A program made the translations under genes and the position numbers. From NCBI RefSeq assembly GCF_000698145.1, contig NZ_BAXB01000009.1:51808-83807 (forward strand): a DNA stretch of 32,000 bases, in the 5' to 3' direction. Every line of letters begins with the position of its first letter. Within the stretch, counting starts at the first letter, position 1. A model generated the notes under the pieces. It was given only the letters and a program-made list of their open reading frames with translations, was not told where the DNA came from and searched no databases. This document shows, in pieces, positions 24,892 through 32,000 of this stretch. The DNA comes from Geomicrobium sp. JCM 19039. Lineage in GTDB: Bacteria; Bacillota; Bacilli; Bacillales; Marinococcaceae.

Positions 24892-25908
24892 CTACCTTTC
24901 ATTCATGACATGTTCAATGGCTGCACCAATCCGCTTGGCACTTGGAATATACGCTTGTTCAATAGAAAAAAATGGTACGTGAACGTCAAACCCCGTCACT
25001 CGTTGAATCGGTGCGCGTAAAGAGTACAAAGCTTCATCATTAATTATCGCAATAATTTCCGCACCAAAGCCGCTCGTCTGGTGACCTTCATGGACGACAA
25101 CGACCCGACCTGTTTTTTCTACGGAAGCAATAATCGTTGGAACGTCTAGTGGGTCAAGCGTACGTAAGTCAATGACTTCGGATTGGATCCCCTTTTCTTC
25201 AAATGCGTCACGTGCCGCTTCCAACGCTGGACGTACCATGTTGCCCCAAGCAAGAACGGTTACATCCTCACCCGTTTGACGAACACTCGCTTCTCCAATG
25301 TTTACGATGTATTTCTCAACAGGAACGTCTTCACGATACGCACGGTACGTTTCATCGGCTCCATAAAAAGTACCGGATCAGGGTCAAGAATACTTGCGAT
25401 TAACAGCCCCTTAGCATCATAAGGTTGATGGAACGACGACTTTTAAACCCGGAATGTGGGTGAAAAGGGACTCCATACTGTCTGAGTGCAGTTCAGGAGC
25501 ATGAATTCCTGCACCATAAGGTGCGCGAATAACGAGAGGTACAGTGAAGCGGCTTAACGTTCGTGTACGCATACGGACGGCGTGGGACACGATCTGTTGA
25601 AAGGCAGGGTAGATAAAACCTTGGAATTGCATTTCAGCGACAGGTAAAAAACCGTTCATGGCAAGACCGATACTCGTGCCGATGATTCCTGATTCAGCAA
25701 GGGGGGTATCCACAACCCGTTGTTCCCCAAATTCTAATTGCAGTCCATCGGTGGCTCGGAACACACCCCCATTTGTTCCGATGTCTTCCCCAAGTAATAT
25801 GACGCGCTCATCTTCACGTAACATTACTTCTAATCCAGAAGTGATCGCACCAACAAGGGTCATTTCTTTCGTCTTTTTCTCCTCCAAAGCACTCGGTTGA
25901 CTCATCAT
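24892..25908 (-). CDS. 2-oxo acid dehydrogenase E1 beta subunit; two frameshifts (near 25423 and 25347) that together restore the original frame
   Basis: The N-terminal piece ends ...HIPGLKVVVPST. The middle frame reads PYDAKGLLIASILDPDPVLFMEPMKR. The C-terminal piece reads YRAYREDVPVEKYIVNIGEASVRQTGEDVTVLAWGNMVRPALEAA.... The order and text parallel Bacillus PdhB. Confidence 0.85.
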
Positions 25909-26999
25909 TGGTGGGCCTCCTTTTCATAACGTTCATGCTGCTTAATTAGTGAAGCACTTTTCGTTTGATATACGTGTTCAAACATGACGGTTGCATCTGG
26001 ATCTGGAAAGCGATCAACGGCTTCGGCTGCTTCGTCAATTTCAGATTGAATGATCGCCTGTTCACGTTTTAGCCAATCATCTCCGATGGCTCCTTTTAAT
26101 GATAGGTACGTATGTACCCTTGATAAGCAATCTTCAGTGCGGCGGGCCTCGCTTTCTTGTTGGTCGCGATACTTCGTCGGATCATCGGCGGTTGTATGCG
26201 CGCCGTACCGCCACGTTACGGCCTCAATAAGCGTAGGGCCACCACCGTTTCTAGCTTTATCTATCGCTTTTGACACGGTTGTATAAACAGCATAAACGTC
26301 ATTACCATCGACACGAATTCCTTCAATATCATAGGCATCGACTTTTTGAGCGATCGTTTTGGATTTCATTTGTTTATGTTGAGGAACACTGATCGCGTAA
26401 TGATTGTTCTGGCATAAGAAAATCGTAGGTGTATTGTAAACGCTTGCAAAATTGAGCCCTTCATGGAAGTCACCTTCAGATGTGGCGCCGTCACCGAAGT
26501 AAGCAATAGACACACGATCGGTTCCTTTTCGTTGTTCAGCCCAACCCGTACCTACGGCGTGTAGTAATTGTGTAGCAATTGGAACAGAAGGGGGAAGGAT
26601 GTTCATACCTTCAGGAGGAACACACCCTTCAATTCTACCTTTCCAATAAAGAAAAATGGTCAGAAGATCATGACCGTAAGTCATTGTCGCAGCATGGTCT
26701 CGGTACGTAGGAAATAACCAATCTCCATCGGAGAGTGCCATCGCACTTCCAATTTGAGCGGCTTCTTGGCCTTCGAAAGGCGCATATGTTCCAATTCTTC
26801 CTTGACGTTGCATCGTGATCGCTTTCTGATCAAAAAGACGTGCGCGAAGCATCTTTGTATACATCTTAATGAGTAAAGAAGTGTCTATGTCTCGCTCGTC
26901 GACGAGCGTGTCTCCGTCAGGCAAAATCATTTGAAAGAGCGGATAGCGTTCGGTAGAGTCTGCATCATTCGCACGTGTAGAATTCACAAATTGCGCCAA
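25905..26999 (-). CDS. 2-oxo acid dehydrogenase E1 alpha subunit (PdhA-like, TPP-binding)
   Basis: 364 aa and intact: RQGRIGTYAPFEGQEAAQ, YFGDGATSEGDFHEGLNFA, TWRYGAHTTADDP. TTG start after GGAGGG. The stop overlaps the E1beta ATG (ATGATGA). Confidence 0.88.
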   Translation of the reverse strand: MAQFVNSTRANDADSTERYPLFQMILPDGDTLVDERDIDTSLLIKMYTKMLRARLFDQKAITMQRQGRIGTYAPFEGQEAAQIGSAMALSDGDWLFPTYRDHAATMTYGHDLLTIFLYWKGRIEGCVPPEGMNILPPSVPIATQLLHAVGTGWAEQRKGTDRVSIAYFGDGATSEGDFHEGLNFASVYNTPTIFLCQNNHYAISVPQHKQMKSKTIAQKVDAYDIEGIRVDGNDVYAVYTTVSKAIDKARNGGGPTLIEAVTWRYGAHTTADDPTKYRDQQESEARRTEDCLSRVHTYLSLKGAIGDDWLKREQAIIQSEIDEAAEAVDRFPDPDATVMFEHVYQTKSASLIKQHERYEKEAHQ

Positions 27000-27261
27000 T
27001 CTGAACCCTCCTATAAATATAACAAAATATTCATGCTACGATATTATACTGTAATGATACCGGGCGATATGATGTGTTGTCAATAAAATTAAGAATATTC
27101 AGTCTGTAACTGAAATCCCTATGAATATTAGCATTTATTTAATTTTGCAATTTAAAACAGTAAAGCAAAACTGTAGTTATGTAAGGATGTGAAGTAGAAT
27201 AAATATATAACGTATAAAAAACGATAATAAAAAAAGTGTAACAAACCCGAAGGGGCCCATG

Positions 27262-27588
27262 CTACACTTCACTGATGGAATAAATAGAAGAAAATAAGAT
27301 AAAGAGGTAGCGATGAGTTGAGCGGAGGACGATTCTCTCGTTCTGCCAATCCATTTCGACACAGTGACCGCGGAGCCATTCCACATCACCCTGATTCCCG
27401 CTGCAAACGGCTATGCGCAATTCTTGATCGAAAGACTGTTGGATTACACGCACAAGTCGTTGCCATTCTCTTTGATTTGCGAGGGTATACGGTCGTTTAC
27501 GATATTCTATATGATGTAAGGTTTGGCGTTTTTCTAAATCATTCCAGTTAAGTGTCATCATTCGCTTCACTTGATCATTGTGATTCAT
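27262..27588 (-). CDS. YolD-like small protein (tentative)
   Basis: MNHNDQVKRMMTLNWNDLEKRQ...YRKRPYTLANQREWQRLVRVIQQSFDQELRIAV...G.CVEMDWQNERIVL loosely fits the YolD-like pattern. No convincing SD, and the C-terminal tail is odd. Confidence 0.4.
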   Translation of the reverse strand: MNHNDQVKRMMTLNWNDLEKRQTLHHIEYRKRPYTLANQREWQRLVRVIQQSFDQELRIAVCSGNQGDVEWLRGHCVEMDWQNERIVLRSTHRYLFILFSSIYSISEV

Positions 27589-27745
27589 GGTGTATGACGA
27601 ATAAATCCAGCACAAGTCGTACCAAGATTCCCTCGTCCAGCCCCCTTCCTAAACAGTGGCGATGTTGTAATAACTCCAATTTAAAACGAACACTAGTTCG
27701 CAGTCAACGTAAATTGACTTTGTGAAATTATGTGACAAAAAACGG

Positions 27746-27774
27746 TTGACCGCGAAGAGGTAACGATGTAACAT
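27746..27774 (+). promoter_or_regulatory. SigA-type promoter for ilvE
   Basis: TTGACC (27746-27751), 17 nt spacer, TAACAT (27769-27774). Confidence 0.45.
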
Positions 27775-27856
27775 TGTTTTCATATTGTTGGTGTTCATTT
27801 AGGGTGAACAAATGAACGTGTTGAGTGAACAAGAGTTTGGGATTGGGGTGAATACA

Positions 27857-28761
27857 ATGTCAGAAAAGCAGCAGTGGATCTTTATGAATGGAGATTTTGT
27901 AGAGAAACACAATGCGAAAGTATCTGTATATGATCACGGCTTTTTATATGGAGACGGCGTGTTTGAAGGGATACGTGCCTACGACAATAATGTGTATAAA
28001 TTAAAGGACCATATTGTTCGTCTGTATGAATCTGCCCGATCAATCATGATGGAGATCCCATACTCACAGCAAGAAATGGAAGACATTGTTGTAGAAACGA
28101 TTCGTAGAAATCAGCTTAAAGATTCTTACATTCGCGTCGTTGTCTCACGTGGTGTTGGTAATTTAGGACTTGACCCTAGATCATGTGGAGAGCCGCAAGT
28201 CATCGTCATTGCTGAGAAGCTTGCGTTATTTCCAGAGGAATTATATGAAACGGGAATTGAAATTGTAAGTGTTGCTACAAGAAGAAATCGTCCTGATGTA
28301 CTCAGTCCAAAAGTAAAATCATTAAATTACTTAAATAATATATTAGTAAAAATCGAAGCGAACCTTGCAGGCGTTCCTGAAGCGCTCATGCTAAACGACG
28401 AAGGTTATGTTGCAGAAGGCTCTGGGGACAACATTTTCTTAGTGAAGAATGGAACGATTTTCACGCCTCCAGGTTACGTTGGCGCCTTGGAAGGAATTAC
28501 CCGCCAAGCCATCATTGATATCGCGGATGAGTTTGGATATCCAATTAAAGAACAACCATTTACTCGCCACGACGTGTATACAGCTGATGAGATGTTTTTA
28601 CTGGTACGGCGGCAGAGGTTATTGCTGTTGTAAAGGTAGACGGTCGTACAATCGGCGACGGTATACCGGGCAAAGAAACGGTAAAACTTACCGAAGCATT
28701 TCGTGAGAAAGTCATCCATGACGGTACCCCTGTATACGAAAAGAGCATGGAAGCTGGATAA
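27857..28761 (+). CDS. ilvE: Branched-chain amino acid aminotransferase (class IV, short IlvE type); frameshift near 28599-28601
   Basis: MSEKQQWIFMNGDFV..AKVSVYDHGFLYGDGVFEGIRAY...VKSLNYLNNILVKIEA...EGSGDNIF. After ...YTADEMFL the frame shifts to TGTAAEVIAVVKVDGRTIGDGIPGKETVKLTEAFREKVIHDGTPVYEKSMEAG* (stop 28759-28761). Confidence 0.88.
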
Positions 28762-28861
28762 TTTTTAAAAGTTGTTGAATAACTCTGTTTTTCTAAGCAT
28801 AGGTGTGTTACTATATCAATCAATAACAAATTCGAAATTCGTACAATTTAATATTTAAAAC

Positions 28862-29138
28862 GTTGAAGAGGATCAGTAGTTATTCATACTTTCTTTACAG
28901 AGAGCCGTTCGTGCTGAGAGACGGTGAGAAAGCGAATAATGAACTCCCCTCGGAGTGTGATAGTGAATGTATATCAAGTAGCTATCGCCGGTCGGATTAT
29001 CATCTGACCGTTACTAACAGGCGCTTTTAGCGCAATGAGCCGGTTGCTATTTAGAACCGGGAAATTAGGGTGGTACCGCGGAATAACCTTTTCGCCCCTT
29101 TGGTTAAATGTCCAATGGGGAGAAAAGGTTATTTTTTT
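28862..29138 (+). promoter_or_regulatory. T-box leader (tRNA-sensing riboswitch) controlling ilvB-ilvN-ilvC; probable Leu (CUC) specifier
   Basis: Stem I elements are present: AGTA, CAGAGAG, GCTGAGAG, GGTGAGAA. GAA-CTC at 28941-28946 sits in the specifier-loop position. The T-box sequence AAATTAGGGTGGTACCGCG is at 29062-29080. The terminator is at 29082-29138. Confidence 0.85.
29082..29138 (+). terminator. T-box terminator hairpin
   Basis: aataaccttttcgcccc / ggggagaaaaggttatt (17 bp, 1 mismatch), followed by T7. Confidence 0.85.
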
Positions 29139-29196
29139 ATCGTAGACAGATGGATGCTTTGGAGGAAGAGAAATTGTATGAAGGAGGAAGATGGAG

Positions 29197-30925
29197 ATGG
29201 GCACGAATCTCGAAGTGCAAGATGATGAACGGAGAACTGACCGAAACAACGAAGAGATGAATGGCAGCCAAATGGTTCTCGAGTCACTGGCAGAAGAAGG
29301 TGTGGAAATCATTTTTGGTTATCCTGGCGGAGCCATCCTGCCGACGTATGACGAGATTTACAAAAAAGGGATCCGTCACATTTTAGCAAGACACGAGCAA
29401 GGCGCAATACACGCTGCTGAAGGTTATGCAAGAGTGTCAGGGAAACCAGGTGTTTGCATCGTTACGTCGGGTCCAGGGGCGACAAATGTTGTGACTGGCA
29501 TTGCCGATGCGATGATTGACTCATTGCCGCTTGTCGTCATTACCGGTCAAGTTGCAACGAATGTCATCGGTACGGATGCTTTTCAAGAGGCGGATATGAT
29601 CGGTATTACGATGCCAATCACGAAGCATAATTTTCAAATCCGAAATGTCGCAGATATCCCTGCGGTGATGAAAGAAGCTTTTCACATTGCGACAACTGGC
29701 CGTCCAGGTCCTGTACTCATTGATTTGCCCAAAGATGTATCCATCGATCGAGGAAATTTTACGTATCCAAAAAGGGTGCAACTACCCGGGTATCAACCAA
29801 CCGTTCAACCTAATCGACTGCAAATCAAGAAATTAAAAGCGGCGATTGAGAAAGCCAAACGTCCTGTCATACTTGCTGGTGCTGGCGTTCTCCATGCAGG
29901 CGGTGCAAAGGAACTTGAACGTTTTGCAAAAACACAAAACATTCCGGTATCATCAACGTTGCTCGGTCTGGGAGGATTTCCTGCTCGTGATGATTTGAGC
30001 CTTGGAATGGCAGGAATGCACGGCTTGTACGCATCTAACATGGCGTTGCATGAATCAGATTTACTCATCAACATTGGGGCACGCTTTGATGATCGTCTTA
30101 CGGGTAAACTGGAACACTTTGCTCCATACGCGACGGTTGCACATGTCGATGTAGACCCTGTTGAAATCGGAAAGAACATTACGACTGACATTCCGATTGT
30201 AGGGGATGCAAAACGAGCGTTACAGCTACTGAATGAAACAACTGATCCACTAGGTCGATTCGATGAATGGCACGAGCGGTTAGGTGAATACAAAAGCAAC
30301 TATCCACTCTGGTATGAAACGGATCACGAAACACTCAAGCCGCAAGCCCTCATGGAAATGGTTTACGAGGAAACAAATGGCGACGCGATCGTTACGACAG
30401 ACGTCGGTCAACATCAAATGTGGGCAGCCCAGTATTACAAATTCAATGAACCCAATCACTGGGTCACATCTGGGGGCTGGGAACGATGGGCTTTGGTTTT
30501 CCAGCAGCCATCGGCGCACAGTTTGCTGAACCCGACAAAACGGTTGTAGCCGTCGTAGGAGATGCAGGTTTTCAGATGACCCTCCAGGAGATGTCGATTC
30601 TTCAAGAACTGCATCTTCCTGTAAAGATTGTGATTGTAAACAATGCCTCGCTTGGATGGTAAGGCAATGGCAAGAATTGTTCCACGGAGAACGGTATTCT
30701 CATTCACTGTTTCCGATTCAACCCGATTTCACGAAACTATCGGAAGCGTATAACATTCCAGGATATCGTATCGACGACCCAAGTGAAGCAAGAACGGTTC
30801 TAAAAAAAGGGCTAGCGATTGACGGACCTGTATTGTTCGATTTCAGAGTGACAGGTCAAGAAAATGTGTACCCGATGATTGCACCTGGTAAAGGTCATCA
30901 GGAAATGGAGGGAATTGCGCCGTGA
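29197..30925 (+). CDS. ilvB: Acetolactate synthase large subunit; two frameshifts as assembled (G5 run 30472-30476 and near 30655-30656)
   Basis: MGTNLEV... (the ATG at 29197 lies 9 nt after GGAGG, like B. subtilis MGTN), then [37 protein letters not shown]. After WVTSGG the text continues in a second frame as [35 protein letters not shown]...NNASLG, then in a third frame as MVRQWQELF...[17 protein letters not shown]. Confidence 0.9.
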
Positions 30926-31440
30926 TTCGAACGATAACTGCAACGGTGAACAATTCGTCAGGTGTATTAAACCGGATTACAGGATTGTTCGCTAGGCGAC
31001 AGTTCAATATTGAGAGCATCACCGTTGGAACGACCGAGAATCCCGAAATATCAAGAATGACCTTCGTTGTGAATGTAGAAAGCGATGGCGCGCTTGACCA
31101 AGTTGTCAAACAGTTGAACAAACAAGTAGATGTACTAAAAGTAAGAGACATTTCAGGTGAATCGATCGTTCTTCGAGAGTTAGCGCTCATAAAAGTAGTC
31201 GCTTCCGCAGAAAACCGTGGAGAAATCGAAACACTCGCCCGTCCATTTCGAGCAACCATTGTTGATGTCGGTCGGGACACTGTCACACTTCAAGTTACTG
31301 GCGACCATAGTAAGGTTGAAGCATTGATTGACCTTCTCAAGCCTTACGGAATCAAGGAGTTAGCTCGAACGGGGGCAACAGCCTTGAAGCGAAGCTCAAC
31401 CACACAAGCTCAAGAATTGAAATACTCGCTTTTCCAATAA
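30922..31440 (+). CDS. ilvN: Acetolactate synthase small (regulatory) subunit
   Basis: ACT domain [37 protein letters not shown]....RMT. GTG start overlaps the ilvB stop (GTGA). Confidence 0.92.
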   Translation: MIRTITATVNNSSGVLNRITGLFARRQFNIESITVGTTENPEISRMTFVVNVESDGALDQVVKQLNKQVDVLKVRDISGESIVLRELALIKVVASAENRGEIETLARPFRATIVDVGRDTVTLQVTGDHSKVEALIDLLKPYGIKELARTGATALKRSSTTQAQELKYSLFQ

Positions 31441-31471
31441 TATATAACACAATTTAAAGGAGAGATTTAAG

Positions 31472-32000
31472 ATGGCTACAGTATTTTATAATAATGATAT
31501 TAATGAGAACGTACTTGGAGGAAAAACAATTGCCGTGATTGGATATGGCTCACAAGGACATGCGCACGCATTAAATATGAAAGAAAGCGGAGTAAATGTA
31601 ATTATCGGCATCCGCAAAGGACGCTCTTGGGAGAAAGCAGAAAAAGATGGGTTTGACGTATACGAAGTTTCCGTAGCTGCTGAGCGTGCAGATATTCTCA
31701 TGCTTGCTCTACCCGATGAAGCGCAGCCTGCAATCTATGAAAATGAAATCAAGCCGTATTTAACAAGTGGAAAATCACTCGTATTTGCACATGGATTTAA
31801 CATTCATTTTAGCCAAATTCAACCACCAGCAGATGTGAATGTGTTTATGGTCGCTCCAAAAGGTCCAGGTCATATCGTGCGTCGTACGTATGAAGCAGGT
31901 GCAGGTGTTCCAGCACTTTATGCGATCTACCAAGACCCTCATGGCGAGGCAAAAGATCTAGCACTTGCCTATGCGAAACAAATAGGGGCAGGTCGAGCAG
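31472..32000 (+). CDS. ilvC: Ketol-acid reductoisomerase, 5' part (runs off the window)
   Basis: The ATG at 31472 follows AAAGGAGAG. It reads [46 protein letters not shown]...FAHGFNIHF...MVAPKGPGH. The frame is open to the window end, so it is absent from the ORF track. Confidence 0.92.
   Translation, partial: MATVFYNNDINENVLGGKTIAVIGYGSQGHAHALNMKESGVNVIIGIRKGRSWEKAEKDGFDVYEVSVAAERADILMLALPDEAQPAIYENEIKPYLTSGKSLVFAHGFNIHFSQIQPPADVNVFMVAPKGPGHIVRRTYEAGAGVPALYAIYQDPHGEAKDLALAYAKQIGAGRA

Noticed and set aside
27000-27140. Sigma-54 (BkdR-type) promoter for the PDH-like operon
   Set aside because: There is no TGGCAC-N5-TTGCW on the minus strand. Only a TATAAT without a good -35 is present.
27177-27389. 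70-aa minus-strand ORF
   Set aside because: It overlaps the YolD-like ORF in another frame and extends into A+T-rich intergenic DNA. It is hydrophobic low-complexity text, probably spurious, or at most a frameshifted tail of the YolD-like gene.
27729-27745. A fifth TATGTGAC copy (27731-27738) upstream of ilvE, as evidence that the motif is a regulator site shared with the repeat element
   Set aside because: One exact 8-mer hit is what chance predicts for this window size. No surrounding similarity to the element was seen.
28806-28847. Promoter for the T-box leader (extended -10 TGtTACTAT at 28806-28815, or TACAAT at 28842-28847)
   Set aside because: Neither candidate has a convincing -35, and the two are mutually exclusive. 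There is not enough support to list either as a feature.

Overview
Chromosomal window from a Bacillaceae-type Firmicute. The flanking gene order, MarR(ysmB-like)-racE-gerM-rph-rdgB/ysnA-ysnB ... ilvB-ilvH/N-ilvC, matches my memory of Bacillus subtilis synteny. Long Asp/Glu-rich linkers on exported proteins suggest a halophile; this is inference only.

Layout:
- (1) 1-4.7 kb: conserved core, from the ptsI 3' end through ysnB.
- (2) 4.8-12.8 kb: tRNA-Arg(UCU) followed by a decayed integrative island or prophage scar. It holds an integrase pseudogene cut by an IS3 OrfA remnant, an LL-H holin pseudogene, an orphan soluble PAS-MCP, SAP-domain, YxeA and DUF4429/SHOCT proteins, and an acidic lipoprotein. 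By eye it is A+T-richer than the core.
- (3) 13.1-22.2 kb: phenylacetate (paa) catabolic cluster. paaA-B-C-D-ethD-paaF-paaG lie on the minus strand. Divergent from them are a PF04392-type ABC transporter, paaX and a PaaI thioesterase.
- (4) 22.3-23.6 kb: a 1.29-kb non-coding element bounded by ~19-bp inverted termini. It is packed with tandem 56-58-nt hairpin modules and short iterated motifs. A second, partial, inverted copy lies at 10.6-10.8 kb. This repeat family is the most unusual thing I can see.
- (5) 23.7-27.0 kb: PDH-like E1alpha/E1beta/E2 operon without E3.
- (6) 27.2-32.0 kb: a YolD-like orphan, ilvE, a Leu-type T-box leader, then ilvB-ilvN-ilvC (ilvC runs off the window).

At least 13 reading-frame breaks hit otherwise well-conserved genes: the MarR gene, paaA x2, SBP, permease, paaX, E2 x2, E1beta x2, ilvE and ilvB x2. 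Almost all sit at short homopolymers. I read them as probable assembly or sequencing indels rather than true pseudogenes.

No rRNA or CRISPR array is present, and I could identify no recognisable defence system.
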